Part shown: positions 1-33,461 of the stretch, one piece after another
How the letters are laid out: each line of letters opens with the position of its first letter
How positions within the stretch are numbered: position 1 is the first letter of the stretch
Source: Eledone cirrhosa
Lineage: Eukaryota
Length of the DNA stretch: 64,000 nucleotides
Direction: 5' to 3'
Assembly (NCBI GenBank): GCA_964016885.1
Contig: CAXHJY010000744.1
Span: 1-64,000 of the forward strand
Notes under the pieces: generated by a model
What the model saw: only the letters and a program-made list of their open reading frames with translations
Databases searched by the model: none
What the model was told of the DNA's origin: nothing
Position numbers and translations under genes: made by a program

Positions 1-12
1 TTTGGTGTGTTG

Positions 13-198
13 TTAATTTGTTTGCAGTATCTCACCCATGGTTTTAGCATTGTCTTGAAGAGTGCCATTTTCATCAATTAGAGGGCCAACAGTAGAGCCA
101 GTGATTTTGTGTTTTTTTGCAAATGAAAAGAACACTTTGGGATTGAGTTTGATCTTCTCAATGGCCCAGGCCTCTTCAGCTCTTCTCTGATTGTTGAT
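13..198 (-). mobile_element. CR1-like LINE ORF2 fragment (linker between endonuclease and RT)
   Basis: Translates as [58 protein letters not shown], resembling the K.NPK.F..Y.....IGPL...G....D...MA.IL motif of CR1-group ORF2. It is truncated at the TA array. Confidence 0.65.
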
Positions 199-14847
<14,649 letters not shown>

Positions 14848-15547
14848 GAGAATAAACGTGCTGCGTGGTTGCTAATGGGTTACATATGAATAAAGTTAAT
14901 CCTTCATCAGTGATCTTCCAACCATCATTGGTATTTCATCGCTTTAAAGACCATATACCTCCGGTAGGTACGAACAACGGCTAAAAAAAGTCGTTGGGAC
15001 ACGTAAATAAAGGGGACACGAGTGTAAACAAACAAAGATGGTGAAGCAACGAAAAGTGAGGAAGAAAGAAGTCAAGTCCCAAATTTCTATGAATATAAAT
15101 TCGGTGAAATCGTGAACGAGAGAGAATAAAGACCATCAAACCTGGTTGGAATGTGAGCAAGGAAGGAATTCCGTACAGGCCTAACGGTAGGAAGAAGGGA
15201 TCTAGTCTGTGAATTCGGTGAACGTAAGTTCTGTGAAATCGTAGACGAGAGAGAGAAAAAAAGCGGACCTGCCAGACCAAGGGTGCGAAAGAAAAGAATT
15301 ACGCACAGGTCAAACGGGAAGAAGGAGGAGGAGGAGAGGTAGTAACAGAGAATAAGTGAGTGAAGAGTGAGGAAGAGGCTAACAGAGAGAGTGACAGCTA
15401 GAGAGGGTAAAGATACAGAGAAAGTGGAAGCAGTAAGAACGAAATAGATGGGTCACAGCGGGGGAAAAAATATGTGTAAATATGAGAATAATATATGTAT
15501 ATACATATATGTATACATATATGTATACATATATATATATATTACAT

Positions 15548-16401
15548 TATATATTAATTTCAAGAATGTCATTATTCCGTGTGTCATAATTCTCGATTAT
15601 CATTGGTTCATAGGTTTCAAACGACTCCGCCCACCTCAAAGACGCCAAACTTAAATTAATATGCATAATGCCAATGAGAGAGTGCGAGGGGAGAGTAAGA
15701 AACAGAGAGGCAAAATGAACGCTGTAAACTATTACACCATGTGTACGTGTGTATGTACGTGCGCGTATCTTTATGTGCGTGTGTGTGTGCGTGCAGTGTT
15801 CCACAGAAAGTAAAAGCAATTCGACTTTATCAAACAGTGAACTACAGCGGCGTACAGCCAGGAATGAAGAAAAATGGGCCGAACAGCGCCTTCGGAACGC
15901 CAAACTTCAGAGGCGTAGACGTGCCGCCATGAATGAAGAGGAGCTGGCTGATCAACGCCAACGAAACACTGGAGCCAAGCAGCGACGGCGTGCTGCGATG
16001 TTTGAAGACGAACTGGCTGATCATCATCTTTTATATTAATTATCTATATCTATATCTACATATAATATAAAAGATTGGAACTTCCATCATCCTTTTGAGA
16101 AACGTGGAACAACCACGTCTATGCAATGATACACGTTTTACAGTCAGGCAGAAGATGAACCATCTCCTAGAGGTCACTATTCTAGGTGGGAGCACCTAGA
16201 ATTGTTCATATACTATGCACAAACGGTACAACGAGGAATCTGGTATATCGGGAAGATTTTTTTTACTGTTTTTTGTATCACACAGACACCATTGACTCGC
16301 CTCATACTGTAACCAGACAAACATCCAATACAGTCATTTTCTCTTTTACCTGTCTTCTCTTATCATCTGTCTACCCGGGCGAAGCTGGGTACGACAGCTA
16401 G
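15548..16401 (+). mobile_element. Non-autonomous, internally deleted Helitron
   Basis: The 3' end has the hairpin ACCCGGGC-GAA-GCTGGGT (16373-16390) then CTAG (16398-16401). 16071-16190 reads KIGTSIILLRNVEQPRLCNDTRFTVRQKMNHLLEVTIL (Pif1-type RepHel helicase C-terminal motif), followed by VGAPRIVHILCTNGTTRNLVYRE. 15840-16020 encodes charged RRRAAMNEEELADQRQRN repeats like RepHel N-termini. Confidence 0.85.
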
Positions 16402-16635
16402 TCTATATATTAATTTCAACAATGTCAGTATTCCGTGTGTCATAATTCTCGATTATCATTGGTTCATAGGTTTCAAACGACTCCGCCCACCTCAACGACG
16501 CCAAACTTAAATTAATATGCATAATGCCAATGTGGGAGTGAGAGGAGAGTGTAAGAAGCAGAGAGGCAAAGTGAACGGTGTGTTAGATACACTATGTATA
16601 TGTGTCAGTGTAGAGACATGTGTGTGTGTGATGTG
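16402..16635 (+). mobile_element. 5' part of a second, head-to-tail Helitron copy
   Basis: Starts with TC immediately after the CTAG. About 170 bp closely matches 15548-15720. Confidence 0.8.
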
Positions 16636-16998
16636 TGTGGATATAAGAGGGGAAGGAAAGCAATAACTATTAACATTCCGCGGGCTCACATACATTCTCT
16701 GTGCGTGATTTGGCTCAGCTCAGTCAATCAGCGCCAGGGGAATAGAATGTATCCCTACGCGTTCTGAGGGAGAAATAGACCGCGAAGATTTGAGAAATAT
16801 ATCACTTGCAGCTTGCCGACTCCAAGGTAAAGACCACTTATTCTTTTGCTCCGCAAGCACAAACAATATGTAACGACAAAACATTCCTACGGGCCTGGCC
16901 AAACGCCTCAGCCAGTCGACCGTATTTTCTCTTGTTATCTTAATTGAATTATTTCATTTCTCTTGGCATGCCAGCCTAATTCACTTCTTAACCTTTGT

Positions 16999-19064
16999 TA
17001 ATAAATTATGTAAAAGCTAAAGTCGTTGTCGATATTCCTATCATATCTTTCTACCAAACCTGTTTCCTCGTGGCAACATTACAACTTCTAAACATAACTC
17101 TCTGCTAAATTGGTGACCCTCGACGATTAAGTATGAAAACGCAGCCTATTTGAATTCGCCATTCGTTTTAATGGCTATGTGGAGTGGCTTAACATTTGGA
17201 ATGTTCGAATCGGGTAGCTAGACTCACTTAGCGTAAGTCCATAAAATTCATAATATTCCATTTGTTGAAGCACGCGGCCTGCACAATATTTCTGTCATAA
17301 CTTTCATGGTAACACCAGTGACTCACGCATACAGACGAACACAAAAATACAACACAAAAGAAAGAGTTTTTTCGACGACTAACAAAAAATTTCTCTTTTG
17401 GATTGAAAATTATGCGATGTCTTCTATCCGGTTGAGGTGGTTTGATATATTTCAATTAGTTGATAAAATGAGTACGGTGACCACCGACTAAGAACAACTT
17501 GCCTTGCAAGCATAGTTTGTTAAAAACCAAAAAAAAATAAAAATAAAAAAAAGGATTTCTCTGGATATAGAATTTTGCTTTCAAACTTCTGTTAAAGTTA
17601 CAAAATGGAGACTCAAACATTTTGTTCTCCCGCGTACAGCTTGTCTTCTGCAATCCCAGCAACCTGATTGGCTGCATCGTGCCACATGACGGCTTCTTCA
17701 CCACGGACACATTTTTCGATCGGCCATCTTGGGATTTCTTGCCGAATAATTTTCATGGAAAATAATTTTTTTTATTATTCAAATTTTCTTTAGAATATTT
17801 TTAGAAAAAAAATTAGCAGTATTTCAAAAACTTTACGCCACGAGGAAATTTCAAAACGGCTACCACCAAGTACCAGCCATCAGCAGCAACACATGGCTAA
17901 CTATTAACCAACACCAGGGAACGACTTGTAACTTTACCGACGCAACCACCATACCTTCTGTCTCGTTACCACAAGGACTCGAGAAATTAAGACATTAGTT
18001 TTCTCACCATTATGGCGTCAGACGTGGCTGCCATGCTGGTGACACTAGGTTCTTCAACGCTCGACTTCTACTCTACAGAAGATTCATTGTGACTTTGCAT
18101 TAACAACAACAACAACACTACTAGCTCCCTAGTAAGAGCGTTCCCAAAGAAAAAAGAAGCGAACTTTTTGTTAAAAGAAAAGAAACAATTCTTTCTTTCT
18201 TCCTTTTTTCAGGCATTTATTTTGGACATTTATTTTTTTTTTAAACTGTATTATATAAAAATTCATTTCTCTCCTCTATCATTGTATATGTGACCGCACG
18301 CACACATTTTCTTTGCTGTATTACATGCCTGCATATATACACACACCAACATGTTGTTGTCTATAGTATGTAATCTTCAAGCGTCGTAATATTCTGCGAG
18401 ATCCCATTTCACCTTCTGGAGGTACCAAAACATGCTATCGACACTTGCAGCTTAATTCACCTGCACCGCAAAACGAATGCTAATTGCAGCTGAACTCAAA
18501 CAGTTTCGCATCTCGTTGCACATTCATCGTCCATAACAACCTCTATCTTGTTATCTTACCCAACTCACCGGGAAAACAACAAATAGAACTGGACTTGTCA
18601 GCATTTCCAACACTTCTGTGGATTCGCCCGAATTATGGAACTGCAACCCACCTACAGATTCAACTTGCTTTTTTTCTTTTCAAAGCAACCAGCCATTTTT
18701 TCCTGGCTCCCTAACACATTCGGCAATACATCTGGGAGGCCAACATTTTCTCGCCTACCCATCATCTTCTTGCCAGCACTGGTAAACTGCCATAATAGCT
18801 TCGTCCACAGCTACTGGTACAACACTTACCATTAACATTTAATACAAGAACAGCAACTTCGCCCATGTCAGACTTTATCTGTTTTCTGTTAGACCTTTGG
18901 TGATCACGTATAAACTACAAAACAGCTAGTCATTTGACATATAAAATTATATAATAAATTATGTAAAAACAAGCTAAAGTCGTTGTCGATATTCCTATCA
19001 TATCTTTCTACCAAACCTGGTTCCTCGTGGCAACATTACAACTTCTAAACATAACTCTCTGCTA

Positions 19065-19068
<4 letters not shown>
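16999..19068 (+). mobile_element. Degenerate LTR-retrotransposon remnant
   Basis: A ~110-bp near-identical direct repeat (16999-17109 and 18952-19068, the latter ending in CA). The first copy is followed at 17111 by TGGTGACCCTCGACG, similar to the tRNA-Trp PBS TGGTGACCCCGACG. No pol sequence was recognised. Confidence 0.55.
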
Positions 19069-19104
<36 letters not shown>

Positions 19105-19105
<1 letters not shown>

Positions 19106-19255
19106 CGAAGGAAATGTGGTAAGGAACCAAGTAGACCATAACGCACCAAAGTACTCAATACTTAGGGTAGTAGAGTGGGTAATAATTTTTTTTTTTAGTC
19201 CAGAATTAGCCGTCGAAACGGCTTGAGCTCAGCCGTCGTGGTCCTACTCGTTCCT
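19105..19255. mobile_element. Short repeat island in (TA)n, same family as 33457-33652 and 24023-24076
   Basis: 19105-19183 is roughly the reverse complement of 33574-33652. 19197-19255 is a direct match to 33515-33573. Confidence 0.8.
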
Positions 19256-19298
19256 ATATATATATATATATATATACATATATACATATATATATATA

Positions 19299-19378
<80 letters not shown>

Positions 19379-19433
19379 AATCAGGAAAGAAGGTTTGCAT
19401 GGTTTGCTATACAAAAAAGTTTTTAATCACATA

Positions 19434-19539
19434 GCTTACATTTGTTTCACTGAACTGGTATGTCTAGAGATCGCTATCCGCTTAATTTTGCGTTACTCGA
19501 TCGCCAATACAGAATTATAACCAGTCAGATCTTCGGAGC
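19434..19539 (-). ncRNA. Hammerhead-ribozyme motif, CCGAAGA core variant, long stem II
   Basis: Minus strand: GCT-CCGAAGA-T CTGACTGGT..ACCAGTTCAG T-GAAAC-AAAT-GTA-AGC. Confidence 0.6.
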
Positions 19540-19614
19540 ATGCGAGAATGAAGAAAATACACTTAGGACTTCACCTAAGTGGACTGCATTTAACTATTAT
19601 TTGTTAATCCGATT

Positions 19615-19843
19615 AATATATATAGTATATATATTATATATAATATATATATATATAGTATATATATTATATATATATATATAGTATATATATTATATAT
19701 AATATATATATATATAGTATATATATAATATATATATAAATAGTATATATATTATATATATATATAATATATATACTATATATATATATAATATATATAC
19801 TATATATATATAATATATATACTATATATATATATAATATATA

Positions 19844-19887
<44 letters not shown>

Positions 19888-19998
19888 TACTATATATATA
19901 TATATAATATATATACTATATATATATATATAATATATATACTATATATATATATATATAATATATATACTATATATATAATATATATACTATATATA

Positions 19999-20054
<56 letters not shown>

Positions 20055-20077
20055 TTAGTATATATATATATATATAA

Positions 20078-20131
<54 letters not shown>

Positions 20132-20137
20132 ATATAA

Positions 20138-20179
<42 letters not shown>

Positions 20180-20270
20180 TTATATATATATATATACTAT
20201 ATATATATAATATATATTATATATTATATATATATTATATATATATATTATATATATATATAATATATAT

Positions 20271-20314
<44 letters not shown>

Positions 20315-20324
20315 TTATATATTA

Positions 20325-20372
<48 letters not shown>

Positions 20373-20382
20373 TTATATATTA

Positions 20383-20426
<44 letters not shown>

Positions 20427-20427
20427 T

Positions 20428-20475
<48 letters not shown>

Positions 20476-20496
20476 TTATATATTATATATATTATA

Positions 20497-20538
<42 letters not shown>

Positions 20539-20548
20539 TTATATATTA

Positions 20549-20596
<48 letters not shown>
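19615..20596. repeat. (TA)n array with TAGTA/TACTA and TTA/TAA punctuation
   Basis: Direct reading. Confidence 0.95.
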
Positions 20597-20600
<4 letters not shown>

Positions 20601-20660
20601 GGGGGAAATCATCAGGAAGGGGGCTTACTGATGATTTCTCCGAATGAAACAGTTCTAGTC
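20597..20660 (+). ncRNA. Degenerate hammerhead-like motif inside a short fold-back
   Basis: CTGATGA (20628-34)-TTTCTCCGAAT-GAAAC (20646-50). ATTCGGGGGAAATCATCAG just upstream is its inverted copy. Confidence 0.45.
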
Positions 20661-20853
20661 CTGTAGAAACCTTTTCTATATTAAATATTTATACTCTGTT
20701 TTGTATTGAGTACCTTACTTCGTTAAAGATCTTTGAATACATATAAGGGGATTCCTTTTCTTACTGTAATACATTTATTTTAATAAGTTTCTAATTAGAA
20801 ACCAGTTTGCGACATTTTGAAATATATATATGTATGTGTGAGAGAGAGAGAGC

Positions 20854-20896
<43 letters not shown>

Positions 20897-21329
20897 CGTA
20901 TGTGTGTGTTGAAGTAAAACTTATTTCTTCCTTTTCGCATCGAAAATATTAGATAGCATCTAACCATATTTTTTTTCGATAAATTCATTCCATTTATCTA
21001 ATTAATATCTAATAGAACCGTTGCCACCATCTTCACCGAAGTTAACTGATGCTTAATGTAACGTTTTCATGTGTACATAGGAAGATGGAGTCCTTGATAA
21101 ATATAGCGACTGTATTTTGCTGCTGCCAAATGAGAATAATTTGCCATCTCACAATGAAGAGTGTGTTGCTGGAAGCTGTACAGTTCTTGCGTGAGATCGT
21201 TTAATCCATTAACATTTATGTTACTCTATATATACTATTGTATTTTCGTGGTAAAGGCTTTATCTTACACAATTATATCACATGATATCGAATCTATGAG
21301 ATTTTGATATTATTTATTTTGAGAACAAT

Positions 21330-21429
21330 CTTTTAACATGACTATGAGAGGCCAGTTACAGCCCGTTTAAACAGAAAGAGGTGAGAGAATTCTGGCCGGA
21401 TACGGCCGGTTTAAATGCTAAAGGGTTAA
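21330..21429 (-). mobile_element. Terminus of a DNA-transposon/MITE (TTAA-CCCTTT end, piggyBac-like)
   Basis: Ends ...GGCCGGTTTAAATGCTAAAGGG-TTAA. The partner end was not found. Confidence 0.35.
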
Positions 21430-22606
21430 CATGTGAGTAGAAGTGTTATTGGTGATGCTGTTGTATTGTTTAGCTCCGGGCTGAAAGCTGGTCGAAGGAG
21501 ATACGTTCGATACACACTGGGATGTGTTGCATATAGTCTATATATTGTTTCTGGATCACATTTCTGTATGTTTGATATAAAGTTGGAATAATTTTACTTT
21601 GTGAATAGAAACGGAAGAATATTTCGTGAAATGTCATCTTTGTGTGAGCTTGTGATTTCTTTTTTGTCTTCTTTTAGGGAGGTTTAAGGTATGATCGCGT
21701 AAGTAGAGATCAAAAGAGTGAGTGGGATGACAGATGTTGGTGATACTCCAGTCAAGAACTTTATGGTTGTATCTTTGAACTTATTGGGCAAACATTTTCT
21801 AGCAGTGGGCCGCATAGGATATCTCTTGTCGGGCCACTCTCCTAAAACATCCAAGGCAGTTTTGAAATTAGGCATGCCATTCAGAAAGCCAAACAGGCCG
21901 CACGCAACCCGCAGACCGCAATTTGCCCATGACTACTTTAAACCGTTTTGCGATAAAACGATGTCTTTTAAAATGATTTTTGTTCTGAAACAATCTCATC
22001 AAAATAGATGTGACTAAAAGAATGGGTGAGAGGATAGATATTTCTGACAATCCATTCGAAAATGTTAAGATTCAATCTTAAAAGAAATTTTACAACTCTT
22101 AAGCAATTGAACACTGTTTTATAAAATGTCCTTTCTTCTACTGAAAAATATATTCGATATATGTGATTGGTGATATCTAATCTATGCAGGATTACATTGT
22201 TCAATATGTTTTTCTTTCATTAAGTCCCTTGGATATGATTAAGGAAAATTTGGGCTGATATTTCTAGCTGCTAGAGTGGCCATGTATAGTGATCCTCGCC
22301 GGTTAGCTGTGATGTATGAAGGTGTGAATAAATGAGTAATGCCTGATAACCAATATATATAATCATGTATGGATATCTTCTAGAATACTTACAACGTAAG
22401 GTAAAATATCCTCATTAATCTTCTAGTAAGTTTATTTTTCACAGTTTGGTTTCTGAAATACTGTCGTAGGTATTTTTCCCTATAGATAAATTGTCTCTGA
22501 TAATGAATTGAGGAACACCAATATATATACATTAGATATGGCACCCTCTCAACACACACACAGACACACATATATGGGTGCCGTTGTGCGTGTGTATACA
22601 TACGTA

Positions 22607-24022
<1,416 letters not shown>

Positions 24023-24076
24023 AGAATTAGCCGTCGAAACGGCTTGAGTTCAGCCGTCGGGGTCTTACTTGTTCCT
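24023..24076 (+). mobile_element. 54-bp micro-fragment of the 19197/33515 family between two TA arrays
   Basis: AGAATTAGCCGTCGAAACGGCTTGAGTTCAGCCGTCGGGGTCTTACTTGTTCCT nearly equals 19202-19255. Confidence 0.85.
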
Positions 24077-29046
<4,970 letters not shown>

Positions 29047-30068
29047 GTAAGTTCGTTTTGAAACATCGAGCGAGTTTGTAAATAGAAATAGAAGCTTTCG
29101 CCGTATGTTTGACTAAAGAAATTTTAACCTAATAATGGGTTTAGAATCCTCTAAGAAATGGAAAACGATGAGTATTGACATACATATATATATATACAAT
29201 TTTTTTATTATTTTAATTTTAAATTCATAGATTTTGAGAATCTTTTGATTTTGAAAAGGAATTTTTTTAAAGAAAAAATTTTTTAAGGGTTTTTTTGAAT
29301 TTTGAATATTTTTTTTAATTTCCCACCACAAAGTGACCTGCGATAGACAGACGGAAAACACACACATAGCGCGTTTCCCTTGCCGTCCTCCGGAGAAACA
29401 CCTTCTCCATTCTGTCCGCCGGGCTGTGGGGAAGCTACCATGATTGATTGACTTGTCAATTTATCAGTCAGATGTTAAACCTTTTGCTGTTTTAACAGCT
29501 TCCTTGCGTTGAGTTCTCCTAGCTTACAATTCCCTCTTGAACTTTTGACCAGTCAATTAACACACTCAGATATATTTACAGGATATACACACACATATTT
29601 ACAGGATGTTTCCTTTGATCCCAAAAATCAATTTTGTTCTGCTATCCTCACTACCACCTATCTATTAACAAGAGCTCATTCTCCAGCCAAATTTGAGCAA
29701 GAAAAATGGAAACAAACTTACTCAAAGATTTTATTTTAATTTTAAATCTTAATTTTTAGTTTTAACTCCTATTAATTCTTTTAATTTTTTATTTCAAAAC
29801 TCAACATTTTATAAGATGAATTTTAATAATACATCGAAACCGGTAATACTTTATATACTTCATATACATGATAACATTTTTTTAAAAAGAATTGTCCTTC
29901 TCATTTTTTCAATAATGTCATCTTTTCAATAATGTCACTTTGACGAATCAAAGAAAGGATAAAAAAAGAAAACAGACCCTTAAATATATTTTCCGTGCTA
30001 TTTCCAACTTCACCTTTTCTCTCTCGCTCTCTCCCTCCCCCTCTCTCTCTCTCTCTCTCCCGCTCCCC

Positions 30069-30117
<49 letters not shown>

Positions 30118-30153
30118 TATATATACACACACACATATATATGTGTATATATA

Positions 30154-30489
30154 TATAGCATAAGATGTACAGAGGGTACTTGCAGAAATATGACAACAAC
30201 ATACATGGGCGAAACAGCTCGTAGCATCGGTGAAAGAATAGACCAACACTGGGGGGAACTAAAAGGACGAAAAAACGGTTCAGTACTATACGAACATGCC
30301 AGACAACAACACGACGGTAACATAGACAACATAGAAATTAGAATAATATCTAAACATAGAAATGACCCAGCAGATAGGCAAATCAGAGAGGCCAGTGAAA
30401 TAGAACTTAGAATGCCAAGACTAAACAGAAAGAATGAATGGAATAACAACAACACCCAAACAAACAACACTGACCTAAGAGAAGTATAA
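30154..30489 (+). pseudogene. Penelope-like element GIY-YIG endonuclease, 5'-truncated
   Basis: YSIRCTEGTC..TTYMGETARSIGERIDQH..SVLYEHARQQH..RQIREASEIELRMPRLNRKNEW. This shows YIG-like, R..EH, H...H, REA.EI and P.LN motifs of PLE endonucleases. Confidence 0.85.
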
Positions 30490-30737
30490 ATGAATAAATA
30501 AATAAATAGATAAATAAATAAATAAATACATACATAAGCACAATAACAACAAACACATATAAACACACACTAGTCACCCAATCACGAACACACATCAAAC
30601 AAAACACTATACACACACGCAAACGCATGCGCAAAGAGGACAAAATAAAATAAACAAACAAAAAAATAAATAAATAAATATATAGACAGACTAAATAAAA
30701 TGGCGTAGACATACAATGTAACGGAGGAAATAATAGC

Positions 30738-30779
30738 ACCACTGACGATGTTGCAGATGAGCAACGAAAGAACTTTGAT
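30738..30779 (+). ncRNA. Hammerhead-like motif in the Penelope pLTR
   Basis: ACCA-CTGACGA-T-GTTGC-AGATGA-GCAAC-GAAA-GAAC-TT-TGAT. Stem I is imperfect. Confidence 0.55.
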
Positions 30780-30983
30780 AAACTATATATATGTGTTTGT
30801 CTCTATATTGTATCTGTATTATTTTTGACCGTCGGTCAGTCAATGGCAACATTGAGGACCGAATAAATTAGATACCGATATAAAAGACACAGAAGCGAAA
30901 AGCGAAAACCAATCAAACAGTGAGTGTGTTCTGTTATTAATTCTGGCAATATTACACAACTATGACCCTCCCAAGTATAACAA

Positions 30984-31024
<41 letters not shown>

Positions 31025-31026
31025 TA

Positions 31027-31071
<45 letters not shown>

Positions 31072-31149
31072 TATATGTATATATATATATTTATATATAT
31101 AATATATATAATATATATATATATGTATATATATATATTTATATATATA

Positions 31150-31180
<31 letters not shown>

Positions 31181-31184
<4 letters not shown>

Positions 31185-31406
31185 TGAAAAGATAACAAGG
31201 ACGATTGGTTACTCCTTCATTACATTTATTGGTTGGTTTTCTACTAGCATTTTAAAGCATTTTAAGGCGTCCGTCGAGCTGCGGATTACAGAGTTGGGTA
31301 AGATCGATACAGATCGAACCTTGAGCTGATCAGTGGCGAAACGCGCGTCACCAACCAATAAATGTAATGAAGGAGTAACCAATCGTCCTTGTTATCTTTT
31401 CAATAT
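31181..31406. repeat. 57-bp perfect inverted repeat enclosing a hammerhead 3' half
   Basis: Arms are 31181-31237 and 31350-31406. GAAAC-GCGC-GTC lies at 31338-31349 and AATAAA is in the right arm. Confidence 0.85.
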
Positions 31407-31504
31407 ATTACACTCTGTCTAGCTCTACACCTCGTCACTGAAGTGAACCTAAACATCGAGTGCTCACCCGGGTGAACCTGCAGTAACTCCAAGTTACACC
31501 CCTT

Positions 31505-32130
<626 letters not shown>

Positions 32131-32898
32131 AAAGATCCGTGTATGTGTTTGCGATTTGTGTGTTCGTGAGTGTGTTAATGTGTTAGGTGTTGTATGTGTG
32201 TGTAAAGCAGAGTGATCGGAAATATTTAATGAAAATAGATAGAGTAAATTAGTTATTAATTATCATTGTCTTACAACCTTTTCCAGACGATAGAAACGTT
32301 AGCTCTCTCTTTTAAATCTGATACTGTAGACGGAAATAACTTTTATGTATTTGAAGAAGTAAACAAAATTTTGATTAATATTAATTATTCCATGAAATAT
32401 ATTCCTTCGATAATCTCAAAAGAATTATAAGTAATCTAAAAAAAAAAGCAATCAAATGGAAAAGCTACAAATAACTACCAAATTTATATTTCATTAAATA
32501 TAAATCAACAACAACAGCAACAGCAGCTGCACCAACAAATAAAAAATGTCTCATCTTAGAAATGAATGATATTTTTCTTGAAAAGGAAGGCTTTGATTAA
32601 CTAATTTTCCTAGTAAATAGTTCATGGCGTAGAATTTTATAGCAGATGATAAATGTCGATCAGTTTATATATATAGTCAGCTATGGAAATATATTTCACA
32701 AAAACGAGATGGAGGCGGGGTGAGGGTGAAGAAAAAGAAGAAGTAGAAGAGAAGCGGAGAAAGTTAGGGGAAAAGGAGAGCTATTTCTACTGTATTTAGT
32801 GTGAAGCGCACAAATCGTGATTGCTTACTTGGTAACTTGCTTATTGAATGAGAATTATATATATATATATATAGTGTATATATATATACATATATATA

Positions 32899-33020
<122 letters not shown>

Positions 33021-33032
33021 TATATATATATG

Positions 33033-33083
<51 letters not shown>

Positions 33084-33227
33084 AATATAGAAAAATAATA
33101 CACGAATTGCTATATATAAACAAATAGTAAAAAGGAAAAAATTCAGGAGAAAAATGCTGGAGGGATTTTTTCAGTATAATATCAAAACATTTATTTATAA
33201 AGTGGATATTTCCGCATTCAATAGTGG

Positions 33228-33257
33228 TACCAGTTTCAGCAATATATGCTTTTTCAA
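33228..33257 (-). ncRNA. Decayed hammerhead-like motif
   Basis: Minus strand: TTGAAAA-AGCA-TATAT-TGCT-GAAAC-TG-GTA. The core is mutated and stem I is lost. Confidence 0.35.
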
Positions 33258-33396
33258 CGGCGGATTCGTATAGTGCAATTAGATTGCATATTTATACGAA
33301 TAATAAAAAGGGGAAGAAAAATTATTAGTTTTTACATATATATTTAGAGAGGAGAGTTCATATCTCTCTCCGAGGTTGTTCTTCGTTCTCTATATA

Positions 33397-33456
<60 letters not shown>

Positions 33457-33461
<5 letters not shown>

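Larger units (their letters stand above)
30154..30985 (+). mobile_element. 5'-truncated Penelope-like retroelement (GIY-YIG + (TAAA)n + pLTR) inserted in (TA)n
   Basis: The ORF remnant is followed by a tail containing a hammerhead-like motif and is flanked by TA tracts on both sides. Confidence 0.75.

Noticed and set aside
21741-21845. In-frame TGA read-through (selenocysteine) after the candidate exon
   Set aside because: No SECIS element or selenoprotein motif was recognised.
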